The notes under the pieces are model-generated. The model was not told the origin of the DNA, searched no databases, and was given only the letters and a program-made list of their open reading frames with translations. 64,000 nucleotides of DNA from contig NC_043011.1 in assembly GCF_006345805.1 (NCBI RefSeq), positions 11,842,001-11,906,000 on the forward strand, written 5' to 3'. Made by a program: the position numbers and the translations under genes. The stretch comes from Octopus sinensis (lineage: Eukaryota). Positions 40,330-53,415 of this stretch are shown here, piece after piece. Every line of letters begins with the position of its first letter. The stretch's first letter is position 1.

Positions 40330-41130
40330 AATCCAAACGGGAAACAAAAAAACACAACAACAATGGAACAATTACAGTATTATTATTAATAGGCGCTCGG
40401 GAAATGGAAGCAGGGAGGTATGACGTTTCGAGCGAAGCTCTTCGTCGGAAACATAAAGAAGGAAGAGAGAGGAAAGAAAGATCCCAGAGCGGGCAACAGG
40501 GATAGAGAAAAAAAAAACGACTGGTGTTTACGAGTTACACATGGTGAAAGGCGGATGTTTACGATAACAAGAGCAAAGTGGGTTTTTAAAGGCAAAAGAG
40601 TGGAGACAAGGTTGGTAACAGCAGATGTGTGTGTATGTGTGAGTGTGTGCGTGTGCGTGTGTGTATGTGTGTGTGTGAGGCGAGATAAAAAAACAAAAAA
40701 TATATGTATGTGTTAGTGTGTGCGTCTGTGTGTAGGCGTGTGAGGTAGGGCGAGACGGTGGTCAGCATAGCAGACAAAGGTCAGTAGTAAGAAAAAGAAG
40801 GAAGGAGGAAGGGAGGGACGGGGAAAGGGTGGGGGCGTATGTAGCGTGCCAGCGTGTGTTGAGTGGTAGTGTGTGTGTGTGTCCAGTGTCGTGGTAGTAT
40901 TAATGGCGAGTAGATTGAATGTGTGTAAGAGTAATGTATATATTTAAGCAATGTGTGTATATGTGTGCGCGTGTGTGTAACGAAAAAAGGGGGGGTTAAG
41001 GAAAAAGGACTCCAGCTGAGGGGAAGATGGAAGAGTGGTCCCGCGGAGACGGGCGTGGGAAAACCCAACGACAGCGACGGTCCCAGGAACGGGCGGGAGG
41101 TCTCGTCGGGTCCAAGAGCGAGGTGCATGC
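40326..41130 (-). mobile_element. Penelope-like non-coding end with minimal hammerhead-like motif (40417-40454)
   Basis: Minus strand CCGACGA-A-GAGC/UUC/GCUC-GAAAC-GUC; begins right after (TA)n; distal boundary uncertain. Confidence 0.45.
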
Positions 41131-41308
41131 GGCGCGTATGCGTGCGCGAACCGGCGCAAGCGCGTGTGTGCGCGCGCCTGCGAGTGTGCGCGTAAGTATG
41201 TATGTGTGTGGATGTGTGAGTGTGTCTGTGTGTATGTCTGGGTGGCAGTGTGTCCGATGAATGTATGTGAGTATGTGTGTATATATGTGTGTGCATAGAT
41301 GTATGTCC

Positions 41309-41339
<31 letters not shown>

Positions 41340-41599
41340 AGTGTGTATGTATGTACGTGTGGGTGTGGGGAAGTGTGTGTATGTGCATGTGTGTGCGCGT
41401 ACATACAGGTGTGTGAGTGAGTGTGTGTGTGTGTATGTATGTGTGAGTGTGTATGTATGTGTGTGTAGGATGCATGTATGTGTATGGGTGTATGTATGCG
41501 TGTGTGTATGTATGTATGTGTACGTGCGTGTGTGTGTGTGTATGCGTGTAGGTGTGATATCAATATTCAATTAATACAAGAAAAGAGAATGGGGAGTTG

Positions 41600-41733
41600 A
41601 AAGTTATTTATTCATAAATTGGTAATCCTTACAATGCGTATGTATATATATATAAGTATATATATTATATGTGTGTGTATGAGTGTCTATGTGTATGTGT
41701 GTATACACACACACACACACACACACACACCAC

Positions 41734-41821
<88 letters not shown>

Positions 41822-41922
41822 CACACATACACATAGACACTCATACACACACATATAATATATATACTTATATATATATACATACGCATTGTAAGGATTA
41901 CCAATTTATGAATAAATAACTT

Positions 41923-41923
<1 letters not shown>
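41600..41923. repeat. ~320-bp near-perfect palindrome centred on (TA)n
   Basis: 41600-41730 is the reverse complement of 41790-41923. Confidence 0.9.
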
Positions 41924-41954
<31 letters not shown>

Positions 41955-42229
41955 TTATAGATAGATAGATACTTCGTCTTTGGATTTGATTTGCAAGATT
42001 CTTTATGTAAGTTCGTGTGTCGAAGCGTATTTTGTTGTATCTGGGAAGAGTCCTTCTCTTTTTGTGCCGTATTATTTAACACACTCACCGGTTCAGTTTC
42101 CACTCATTTACTTCTTTATCTTTTTCTAAAATTTTCGTTGCATCTTGCAACCTTTTCAACAGTCGTTGATTCTGTTCGTTATCCGAGCTGCGTTTTTTTT
42201 GTTTGTTTGTTTGTGCGCGTGTATGTTTG

Positions 42230-42770
42230 TATGAATGTATGTGTGTATGCATGTATGTGTGTATGCATGTATGTGTGCATATGTATGTATGTATGTATGT
42301 GTGTGTATGTATGTGTGTGTATGTATGTGTGTGTATGTATGTGTGTATGTATGTGTGTGTATGTGTGTGTGTGTATGTATGTGTGTATGTATGTGTGTGT
42401 ATGTATGTGTGTGTATGTATGTGTGTATGTATGTGTGTGTATGTGTGTGTGTGTATGTATGTGTGTATGTATGTGTGTGTATGTGTGTGTGTGTATGTAT
42501 GTGTGTATGTATGTGTGTATGTATGTGTGTGTATGTATGTGTGTATGTATGTGTGTGTATGTGTGTGTGTGTAATGTATGTGTGTATGTATGTGTGTGTA
42601 TGTGTGTGTGTGTGTATGTGTGTATGTATGTGTGTGTATGTATGTGTGTGTATGTATGTGTGTATGTATGTGTGTGTATGTGTGTGTGTGTATGTATGTA
42701 TGTATGTATGTATGTATGTATGTATGTATGTGTGTGTGTATGTATGTTTGTATGTATGCATGTGCGTGTG
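42230..42770. repeat. Compound (TATG)n/(TG)n microsatellite
   Basis: Direct reading. Confidence 0.95.
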
Positions 42771-42892
42771 TATCTCTGTCTCCTTGTGTGTGCATATCTG
42801 AGTGTGTCTGTGTATGGGTTTTTGTGACTATGTACGTGCGTCTGTTATGTATGGATGTGTGTATCCATAATATATATTTGGTGATTTTCTTT

Positions 42893-42932
<40 letters not shown>

Positions 42933-43758
42933 TGCTGCCTACAAATAAATATTCATAGTTTCATTTGAATGCGATCATTAATTATCCTGAAATTCAAGGT
43001 TTTTTCTTTGTAACGGTATTCATGAGTGTACCAGGTACGTGTAAATGTTACGAAGAATCGAAACACACTTTCTTAGCTAACTGGTGTGCACAAATAGTAG
43101 TGCTAATGTGCCGTTGTTGATCATATAGCATCATCACCATTTTTTATTATGTTTCTTACTGATTGCTGTTGCTTTAATTTCGCCAAAACTAAAACCATTA
43201 CATCAGGCCAGCATTTCAATGAGTCAATGAGGAAGCATTCAGGTGGTCGTTACACCAGCTAGAAATAACAGCCATTTCATTGTAACTTTATAAATATAAC
43301 GTCTTTGATCATTGGTCTGTTCAGTCAGTTTTTGCACTCCTCAAACACCAACAATGCTGTCCTTTCACCACTTCTATTTACCATCACCTCACCCACAGCA
43401 TTTGACCACTTCTACCACAATTATAGGGTCCATTACGTATCAACTGAAATTATAAATGACCACTTACAGGTTTCTAGATTTCACTCGGGAATTATTTATC
43501 ATATAGGGTGGGGGATTTATAGGCTACTGTAGCCGTCATTAGCACCTGCCATGTTCTCTTGCAAACACGTTGCCCCACACTCTCTCTTTTTTCTGTTGAT
43601 ATGTTTGTCGATCCCTCTCTCTCTCTCTCTCTGCCTATCACCCAAGCCATTTCGCGTTTGACACACTCAGTCTTTCACTGTCTACTTAGCTATGGTTTTC
43701 TATTTTTTATGTGTATGTATATACACACACACACACACATACACACTCACACGCACGC

Positions 43759-43844
<86 letters not shown>

Positions 43845-44039
43845 CTAATATACTTAGCAGGTTGTAATGTTTCACCAAAAAGGAGAATTATAATTGTCAC
43901 TAAATGTGACAGGGCTGTTAAAAAACCACCCACACTGCCAGAAATAACAGCTAAAATGCATAATACACACACACACACAAGCACGTGCACGCGCACAGTC
44001 ACACGCACACTCGCGCACGGAATCAGGCGACTAAACTGA

Positions 44040-44600
44040 GATTGCTTTGTATTAGGACGTTTCAAAGCCAGCAACTAATAGGGATGTAAAGGTCGAAAGT
44101 TAAATCTCTACATGTTTGATTGTCGTAACATGGGGAACAGTTTCAATATAATTGATTGAAAACTGCTGCAGAAGCACGATGCCCTCACGATGCTTCACCC
44201 ACATTGATAGATCTGATAGATCTTCCTAACAGCAGTCTTCAGTGTAGTGACGATGCTATGAGGTGTTGCACTAGATTTGTCCTCAATGGCGCGAGTCTTG
44301 AGCGAATGTAACTGACTTCAAGTCATAATGTTTAGTAACCCACAAAAACAAAACAAAACGTAATACTCAGTTATGATGTTAAGACCAATTTCGACACGTC
44401 CACTGCTGGCAAAAGCAGCAAGACCATTACCGTGGTTGAGATTTTGCTTTGAATGGCAGCAGGAATTTCGGAATGGCCGAAAGCAACCATCTTGAAGCTG
44501 TAGTGGAACTGTGGAAATGCTTCGACGCAAGCAAATGTATACATTTTAACGCCGAGAATAATTTTAACGGCCCTATTTATCGTCCACATGTTCACATCGC
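44040..44600 (-). mobile_element. Degraded Tc1/mariner-type transposase remnant
   Basis: SKISTTVMVL resembles the TKFPAxVMV motif; AIEDKSSATPH-SIVTTLKTAV resembles the C-terminus; multiple frameshifts. Confidence 0.4.
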
Positions 44601-44905
44601 GTTTCTTTTTTTATATTTTCCTGCAAGCAGTCATTTTGGTGAATGGATTTGCTGCCATAAATCCTTTTAAACAAAGCAGGTACGGGTACACTTGCGATTG
44701 CACCTTAAAGGACTGTATGATGAAAGGAAAACAGTTTTCATACCCTTCAAATTAGATAAAGTGCGATTAATTGTACTTTGTATATCCTGTATCAGTAATG
44801 ATTTCGCGAAGATTTCAGTAATATTTGTCGCAGTTTTTTCTTTAACTCTTTTGCAGTTTACCACAATCTCTAACAAAAAATATGTTAACATTTTAGACAT
44901 ATTAA

Positions 44906-45120
44906 GGCGGTGAGCTAGTAGAATCGCTATCGCGCCGGACAAAATGCTTAGCGGCATTTCGACCGTCTTTACGTCCTGAGTTCAAATTTCGCGGAGATCG
45001 ACTTTGCCTTTCATCCTTCCATGGTCGATAAAATAAGTACCAGTTGAACACTGGGGTTGATATAATCGGCTTACCCATCGCTCGAAATTGCTGGCCTCGT
45101 GCCAAAATTTTAAATCATTA
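44906..45120 (+). mobile_element. SINE family B, alternative 3' tail
   Basis: Same head and centre as 34841 but ends GCTGGCCTCGTGCCAAAATTT. Confidence 0.75.
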
Positions 45121-45816
45121 GTTTAGACATTACACGTAAAGTATTTAAAAGATACTTAATATGAAGCACACATAAGTATACACATAAGTATATACATACG
45201 TAGTGTGAATATATATATGCATGCATATATGTATGTATGCATGCATGCATGTATGTATGTATGCATGTATGTATGTATGTATGCATGTATGTATGTATGT
45301 ATGAATGTATGTATGTATGTATGTATGCATGCATGCATGTATGTATGCATGTATGTATGTATGTATGTATGCATGTATGTATGCATGCATGTATGTATGC
45401 ATGTATGTGTGCATGCATGTATATATGTATATGTATGTATGCATGCATGCATAGATATGACTAAAGGGAAATGACACTTGAAAATAAATTCTGGTACACT
45501 TTATAAGTATATTATACATATATATTTGGAAGGCTGAATGTGGATGCATTTCTTTATGTAGATAACGTCTTTATTTTCAGATGTCATTTCTCTATTGTCA
45601 TATATATTTATGATGTAAACAGTTTTATAGAATTTCTTACTGAAGTTGTCACGAAGAAATATTCTTGACGCGTATATTTCTATAATTACGTTATAATTAA
45701 TTAGCCTGTTTCTCTGAACGTCAGCCTAATTAATATGTTACTACAGTAGTATATCCTAAAGTAGTAATATATTCCTACCTACCTTTTGTGCAACTCAAAA
45801 AGAATAACTCGAATAG

Positions 45817-46442
45817 TATTTCTTTATTAACCAATAAAGGTTTTACATAAAGGGGACATTACAAAGACAAACAAGGGACATTCAAGGTACACTCTCGCTT
45901 ACGCACGCCTTCGTACACTGTGAGGAGTTGAGGGAGCTGATGGCCTTTGCCGAACAGCTGTTGTCGGATGCGGAAAGTGTACGACTATCGTCCGAGTCTC
46001 TTATAAAGATTGTACCAGCTTCCTCTTTCGCCAAAGAAAAGAAAGTAGCTTTTCTCTGCGTAGTAACCATACTGAAAGATGTGGTATGGAAGACGCGAGC
46101 GAAAGGGATTGCGACAGGTCAATTCATCTCCGGACGTGGGCTGGTGAATTACTTCACTGCCCATCTGTCCAGCAAGATCCGTCTGGAGAGGAGGAGCCTG
46201 CCGCAAAGAGAGTTTGGAGAAAAGATGGACGACAGTTGTAAGAAAGATTAGAATGCACGATGCTGTGCTTGCACGGTCGGTCGGAGCATAAAAGGAAGGA
46301 AAAAAAGACCAAAAAGGGATAACCAACCGGTGGGTTAACTCACTAACCCGGACCCAAAACTCATCCGATCATCGTTTATATGTATATTTTTAACCCTCAT
46401 ACACAATATATGTAAATCCATCCGGTTTTTGACACTGTATGT
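45817..46442 (-). mobile_element. 5'-inverted (twin-priming type) L1/Tx1 fragment with 17-bp TSD
   Basis: TSD AAGAATAACTCGAATAG at 45800-45816 and 46443-46459; minus-strand 3' end ...AATAAAGAAATA; plus-strand ORF2 C-terminal piece 45928-46251. Confidence 0.75.
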
Positions 46443-46916
46443 AAGAATAACTCGAATAGAATGACAAATAAACAGTTGTTAAGGTAGTGGTGGTCATAAT
46501 GATAGAGAGAGAAGAAAAGAGAGACAGACAGAGACAAGCAGATAGAGACATGCCGACAGACAGAGGGAGAGAGAAACAGGATTCCAAGAAGAGTCCGGCT
46601 GGGAGTAAGAGTTAAAGTGTGAAGATATCCATAGAAAGGAAATATTTTTTAAATATAAGTATACATGGTATATAGTGTTACGAAAAATAATGAATGCAAG
46701 TACATGGCATTAATTAAAAACAAATGATGATGATGACGTCATTGTCCTTATATAGGACTTCTTAGGTCAGTTACAATACCCCATCCTCTAAGGTTTCCAA
46801 TGCCTTCTCCAGTTCTTGCCCTTTCACTAAGAGACTTATACTTATGAGTGATGCCATCTACTCTTGCCATTTTCGTCTCTTTCACACACCTTTCGAGAAA
46901 TTCACTCAAAGAAAGC

Positions 46917-46989
<73 letters not shown>

Positions 46990-46999
46990 CTCATCTTTC

Positions 47000-47900
47000 T
47001 ACTCAAGTAAAACTTATAAGAGTCGATGAGGGTTCTGTCCTCGGTTTTTTCTGCCTCGTCCACCACACAGCTTCTTTCACTATTAGCATCAAACAATGGA
47101 AAACTGCGTTTCCATCCCGGTTAAAAGAAGGCGACGAGGTAATCATTACTATGAACTCGGTTGATAACCAGAGCTGTCCCACTCGCGACAGTAGCTGTTC
47201 GACATTAACTCCACAAGTTCGGACACTGAACGAGTACGTACTGAAGGGTTTTGTCGCGTGGATCTTTTCGGTTTGAACGGCAGTTTTTAACATAATTTCT
47301 AGGTAACTAAAAATTTAAAACTTCGTATACTGGTAGAATGTGTTTATAAAACATCTTTTTCTCTTGGCTTTATGGAGAAAAATCTATAGTTTGTAAGATA
47401 TTTGTTGTTTTTTTTCTCCAATTTTTGCAATTTCAACCAATCACTGACGTCTATTGAGGTAAAAAAAACATTCTGTGCCGTATGAATATGTCCCTCGTTT
47501 AAGAAATAGACTGGGTTTATTTACATTTGTGAAGAAAAAAAGATACTCTTCCCCTCACCCCTAACCCTAACCCTAACCCTAACTAACCCTAACCCTAAAA
47601 CAGATTGAAATACAATAGATCGATACTAGGGTCATAATTATGGGTGACAATTTCATATGACACCGCTAGAAAAAACTGCCGTTCAAACCGAACAGATCCT
47701 GTCGCACAGTGCATATCTCAGACAAACCGATCTGATGGCATTTTCACGCCTACAGAGTTTATTTCGAATCAGTAGTGCCCCACCACCGGTTGTTGACGAT
47801 TGCTCCTGTCAACTGCCGCTTAACTAATCCAGTCGTCTGTGTGTGCCGGTAAGAACGCGTTCAACTTGCAGTGACCAGGTCCTTGTTGAAATTGATGAAA
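47000..47900 (-). mobile_element. Degraded L1/Tx1 ORF2 C-terminal fragment split by a MITE
   Basis: EQLLSRVGQLWLSTEFIV...VKEAVWWTRQK matches 49586-50107 by eye; boundaries approximate. Confidence 0.65.
47260..47699 (+). mobile_element. MITE, Merlin-like, copy 9
   Basis: TIRs; flanks TGTCGCGT/TGTCGCAC (6/8). Confidence 0.9.
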
Positions 47901-49015
47901 TTTATTGCAGCGCTTGGTGAGTTCTCATTCATTAACGCTGTAAGTTATAACAGGTGGTTTCGGCAAAAATTGAATACAGAAGGAAAAAGAAATATAACTC
48001 AGTTGTCTCCGCTGTTCATCTGTCTCTAACAATTATGATAATTTATTTGCATTAGAGAACAAATAGCGAGTTACTTAACCACAGCTGGTTTTTCATAGTC
48101 ATTCATTTCAGAACTAGTTAGGTAAATAGTAGTAATATATATGGGAAGATTTCGTCCACTGTCAAAAATGAGCTATTGCTTAAGAGAAAGAGGAAGAGAT
48201 GTAGAATGGGGGGGGGGGTGCTTAAAAGATTGTGTCGAAATGGAGAGGCGATGTAATGTTTACTGAAAACTGAACTTGAAGATGGAAAAAATAAAGTAGA
48301 TAATAAGAGATTGTTTGAGCGACATCAAACGAAAGTGACGCTGTTTTTTCTATACGAGTGCATGTCTATTTCTGTCAATCTATGTATCTGTCTATATCTG
48401 TTTCTATGGACCGTGAGCAACATTGGGACCGTTGGCTCCTCGGCAACATTGAAGTTGGCGAGACAGCAAACCAAACCAATCCAAACAAGCACTTGGAGCA
48501 GTTCTCACGGCTAGCAAGGGCGACACTATTATCATCATCATCATCATCATCGTCGCCATCGCTACCATGACAACTGGTTTCGCAACTATCACTGCCATAC
48601 CTGCATCTATGACTCTTGTCATCACCATCACCAATATCACTCACTGTCATCATCATCACCACCGATAACAGTATGAAGCACAGCAACACAGATACTTAGC
48701 ATCACCATCGCCAATAAGAGCCACCACCGCTGCAATTTTCGATCAATACAAACACTCCAGGTTAATCTCAATGATTCTCACTACCATAACAACTACTATA
48801 AATAAGAAAATACGCGCGCACGCACGTACAGACAGACACACACACAGACCACGCGCGTGTGGTGTGTGTTTGTGTGTATGTGTTTGTGTGTGTGTGTATG
48901 CATATGCATATACATATACATATATACATATATACGTATATATATATATATATATACATACATATATTTATATAAGTATATATATGTATGTATGTATATA
49001 TGTATATATGCACAC

Positions 49016-49212
<197 letters not shown>

Positions 49213-49585
49213 TGTTTCTTTATTAGCCACACAGGGCTGCACACAGACAGGACAAAATTACAAGGTAGAGCTTTTCTTTTGGGGTAAAAGAAGGGGGTTT
49301 GGTTTTCGATCAAAAGGGATCGTAAATGGAAAGAAAGGGGACAAAAAAAAGGGGGGGATAAAAAAAGAAGAAAAAAGGCGGGGAGGGAAAGGAACAAAAT
49401 TGGATCAATAGGGATCGTTATCACAGAAATGTCAATATGAAGTGTAAAGGGGAGGACAGGTGAGGTTTACCCGTGGAAAGAAAAGCCTACGGAAAAGACC
49501 ACGGTAACCTCGGTCAGTGAAGTCTCATGTTATATTTCTTCTTTTTTTTTGCAAATAAGCAACTCTCTGTATTAATTTTTACGGT

Positions 49586-50107
49586 TCATAGAATCATAGT
49601 CAAGGTGACTTCGTCATTCATACGTGCCATCCTTGCTACATTCACCCATCTTTTTTTTAAATATTCACTAGACAAAACTTGCCTCTCTACTCTCACTTTC
49701 CTCTTCAAGTGATACTTGAAGAAGTTGATGAGAGATTGACCAGAGAGGAAAGTGTTTGTCTCTAATCCTTTCAGGCGCGTCCACCGAATACATTCTTTCG
49801 CCATAGCCACAAGTATGATAAAAATAGCTCTTCCTTCTCGTTTGAAAGAAGGAGGCGTGACGATATTAACGATAGATTCGGCTGATAAACCGACACGTCC
49901 CACACGTGACAGCAGCCGTTCGACATAAGCCCACAGGTCGGAGATTGTTGGACACTGCACGATTGCGTGCAGAGCGGTTTCGTCGCTCTGACCGCATCTC
50001 GGGCAGGTCTGCCCCGTGTTTCTCGAGCCATGCCTATAGAGCTTATCCCGAACGAGTAGCGCTTCTCGGTAGCACCGCCAGGCCAGGGATCTCTGGAAGT
50101 TGTCCAT
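49586..50107 (-). pseudogene. ORF2 C-terminal zinc-finger region, frameshifted from the main ORF2
   Basis: CPRCGQSDETALHAIVQC motif. Confidence 0.85.
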
Positions 50108-52985
50108 AAGTCCCGGCCCGAAACAGGCGGGTCAGGTATTCCTCGTCGACGCCCAGGTTTGCCCCAAGATCGTCGTCGTACCTCCCCTCCACTAATCCCC
50201 TATAGAATGCTTTGGTCGTGTTGAAGTCACTCAAGGTCGACCTGGGACGGCAGAGTTGCTTGAGAGCAACGCGACACTCGCGGTGCCATTCGCCCTTCCT
50301 CGGCTTCTTTTTGATCCACGACTGCAGTTCGGTCATGGAGACGAGCTGCGGGAACGCGTGCCTCACAAACGGCGACCACACCTGTTCACCGTCGTCTACA
50401 TAGAGCCGGAGATGTTGCAGTCTCAGCGCGTGTCTACCCATCATCAACCATGGCATGTTCAGCCCTCCTTTTAACGGGTGTTGACAGCAAATGGATCGCC
50501 TGACCATCGGGACGCATCCTTTCCACAAGAAGCGGAAGAGAATGCGTTCTAGTTTGGTGATGGTAGGGTCGGGACAAGGTACGACGGTCAGGCGGTAGTA
50601 GATGATGGACGCGATGTACGTGTTCGCCACCTCCGCCCGACCTTTTAGGGACAGTTTCCGCTCGTCCCATTGCTGGGCGAGAGTGACCACCCTACTCGTT
50701 ATCTCGTTCCCGTTCTTCTCCATTTGGAGGTCCGGACCGAACCAGACCCCGAGCAACTCAACCGGGCCGTCCGTCCAGCGTCCCACGACGGAGGTACTGG
50801 TGGACGGCATGGGCTTGCTTCTCCAGGTGCCGAGCCGCAAGCCCGCTGACTTTTCCCGTTTGATTTTCGCTCCTGTCACCGCTTCGTAATCTTTCAGTGT
50901 CTTGCCGACCAGCTCGATGTGCTCGTGGCTTGACACTATGACGGTGACGTCGTCCGCGTATGCAGACACGCTCGTCCCGCATCCCAATTCTCGCGGGATG
51001 CCCCTCAGAGTCGCCAGCTTCCGCAGTAGTGGCTCAAGAGTCAATACGTATAGAAGCGCCGAGAGGGGGCATCCCTGATGGACCGAACGTGCAATGTCGA
51101 AAGGTCTCGATAGATGTCCATTTACGCGAATTACCGAACGGATGCCTCTGTACAAGGCAGCTATCCAGCCGCGGAAGACGGGACCAAAACCAGCTGTTCT
51201 CAGGACTGCCTCCAAGTATCGATGGTCTACCTTATCGAAGGCTTTCGATTGATCCAAGTTGATCAGGGCCACACCCATGCCAGGTTCCTTAACTACTCTG
51301 TCTATGATGTAGCGCATCAGATGGAGGTTGTCATGGATGCTCCGGCCCGGCACGGCGCACGTTTGTGCGTTGTCGACCAGTTTCTCGATGACAAGCGCCA
51401 ACCTCTTGGCTAACACCTTTGCATTGAGCAGAGTGATTGGTCTAAAGTTATCTATAATGTTCCCCTTGTTTGGATCTTTCTTCAGCAGCGTTACGGCTCC
51501 TCGACTCACAAAACCGGGTATGCTCCCGTTTTGCTGCCAGTTGCAGTATACCGCTGCCAAGACGTCTCCAAACAAGTCTGGCATACAATTGTAAAACTCG
51601 TAGGGCAGACCATCCAAACCCGGCGATTTGTCCCTCGAGCATTCTGCCATCGCGTCCCGCACATCCGCCGCCGTGATGGCACCTTCGCAGCACTCTGTCT
51701 CTCTTGTCGAGAGTCGTGGTAGGCTGTGCAGGTAGGCACTGAAGTCCACCCTGCGTTCACGCTCACCACTCGTCCCGCACAGTCGGGCAAAGTGCCGCTG
51801 AAATGTCTCGCACATCTTGCTGGGCTCGAGCAATTCGCGCCCTTGTTCATCTACCAGGGACCGATTGGTGGCTTTGTTGCCCTGCTGCGCCTCCGCCACC
51901 CGGGCCTCCCTCGCGACTCCAACACCTTCCATCCTTAGAGCACGCATCCTAGCCCTGACAGCACACCCTTCATGTTTGGCGTTGAAGTGTTGATCAAGGG
52001 CCAACCTTGCCGCTAAAACGTCGGATGTGATGCCGCTTCTTATTGCCTCTTCTAACTTTTTAACTAACTTACCCTCTACTCTATTTCTATCTACGGCTAG
52101 TGCCTTGCTATATCTAATTGCTTCCACTTTTACTGCTCTCTTGAGGGCGAACCACCATTTGTTGTTGACAATGGCTCCCGTTAAAGCCCTTTTTACTAAC
52201 GTGTTGATTCTGTCTCTGAAAGCTTTTCTGGACGGGAATGATGCGTCCAGTTTCCAGTAACCAGGGCCCTGTCTATGTGCCTTATCTAAGTCTAGTGTAC
52301 ACATCACGAATTTGTGATCCGTGTAGCTGACTGTGTGGAATTGTGGACATCCTAAGCTATCCCTGTCTACTGTCCTACACAGTATCCTATCTAGATACGA
52401 TCTCGACGACCCACTGCGGTTGCTCCATGTCCACGTTGGTGCATTTGGGTGGTCGAGTCGGTACCTGTCAGACAGTTGGAATCGTCTGAGCAGGTCTCTG
52501 AGGCATTTGCATCCCCTTCTGTTTTTGTCTCTCCCCACATAGTCTAGATGCGTGTCTAAGGTAGCATTCCAATCCCCCACTAAAAGTAAAGGACGAGACG
52601 TTCCCAGGAATACTTCTAGACGCCGAAAGAAATCCGGCCGACCTGTTAGAGGCGGTGCGTAGACTGATACGAGTCGAAAAGCGCACCCATTGCTGCCGTC
52701 GACATCCAGAACGACCAGTCTACCCTCCGGGTCTACGAATATCGTCTTGACTTCGAGATCCAGGCTCTTGTGAAGAAGTACCGCGGTGCCACTACAGCCC
52801 ATCCTCGGCAGACAGGGAGCAAAATAAATGTTAAACTGTCCGCCAAACATGGCTATGATTCCCAAATCGTGTGACTTGATGTCATTTAGGAGGTATCCTT
52901 GTTTCCAAGGAGACCCCAAGCCACGCGCATTCACACAACCAATCTTGACCATGATTCTATTTGGGTTGTGTGCTTTAAAACACAA
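50043..52985 (-). CDS. LINE ORF2: AP-endonuclease + reverse transcriptase (980 aa open; likely start MVKIG at 52952; probably defective)
   Basis: NARGL, GDWNA, DR, TDH (APE); FRPITLLN, DQSKAFDKV, QGCPLS, YADD (RT). Apparent in-frame deletions remove the QETH catalytic segment and part of RT domain 2. Confidence 0.85.
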   Translation of the reverse strand: MCFKAHNPNRIMVKIGCVNARGLGSPWKQGYLLNDIKSHDLGIIAMFGGQFNIYFAPCLPRMGCSGTAVLLHKSLDLEVKTIFVDPEGRLVVLDVDGSNGCAFRLVSVYAPPLTGRPDFFRRLEVFLGTSRPLLLVGDWNATLDTHLDYVGRDKNRRGCKCLRDLLRRFQLSDRYRLDHPNAPTWTWSNRSGSSRSYLDRILCRTVDRDSLGCPQFHTVSYTDHKFVMCTLDLDKAHRQGPGYWKLDASFPSRKAFRDRINTLVKRALTGAIVNNKWWFALKRAVKVEAIRYSKALAVDRNRVEGKLVKKLEEAIRSGITSDVLAARLALDQHFNAKHEGCAVRARMRALRMEGVGVAREARVAEAQQGNKATNRSLVDEQGRELLEPSKMCETFQRHFARLCGTSGERERRVDFSAYLHSLPRLSTRETECCEGAITAADVRDAMAECSRDKSPGLDGLPYEFYNCMPDLFGDVLAAVYCNWQQNGSIPGFVSRGAVTLLKKDPNKGNIIDNFRPITLLNAKVLAKRLALVIEKLVDNAQTCAVPGRSIHDNLHLMRYIIDRVVKEPGMGVALINLDQSKAFDKVDHRYLEAVLRTAGFGPVFRGWIAALYRGIRSVIRVNGHLSRPFDIARSVHQGCPLSALLYVLTLEPLLRKLATLRGIPRELGCGTSVSAYADDVTVIVSSHEHIELVGKTLKDYEAVTGAKIKREKSAGLRLGTWRSKPMPSTSTSVVGRWTDGPVELLGVWFGPDLQMEKNGNEITSRVVTLAQQWDERKLSLKGRAEVANTYIASIIYYRLTVVPCPDPTITKLERILFRFLWKGCVPMVRRSICCQHPLKGGLNMPWLMMGRHALRLQHLRLYVDDGEQVWSPFVRHAFPQLVSMTELQSWIKKKPRKGEWHRECRVALKQLCRPRSTLSDFNTTKAFYRGLVEGRYDDDLGANLGVDEEYLTRLFRAGTYGQLPEIPGLAVLPRSATRSG

Positions 52986-53415
52986 AAAGGAAAGTACAGA
53001 GAGTTACTTACTTGTGTCGAAAGTTTTGGCTTCCTCGTTCTTTGATGTGTCTTGGAGGAGGTTTTTATAGAGTTTTTGTGACAAGTATTTTTGGAACCTC
53101 CCAACAGCATTTGGAAAGAGGGCTTTGAGTGTGTGGTGTTCTGCTTATGTGATGTGTAGTATTTTTATGTGTTTGGGTAGTGTAGTGCGTGGATGGTTGT
53201 TTGTTTTGAAGTCATCTTCACAGATGTTTGTGTGGGCTGTGATGTACTCCATTAGTTTGGAGTCTTTTGTGTCTATCGCTGATAGCATTGTGTGCGTTTT
53301 TGTGGTGTTGGTGCTTGTTTGGTTGTGTATGGAGCTTTCAGGGTTCAGGTATCTCCCTGCTTTTGTTGCGTTTTCTTGTTTGTTTTTTTTTATCTTTTTC
53401 TTTTACCCCCGGTGG

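Noticed and set aside
48311-48760. ORFs with poly-D/S/M runs
   Set aside because: Degenerate (CAT/CAC)n repeat open in several frames.
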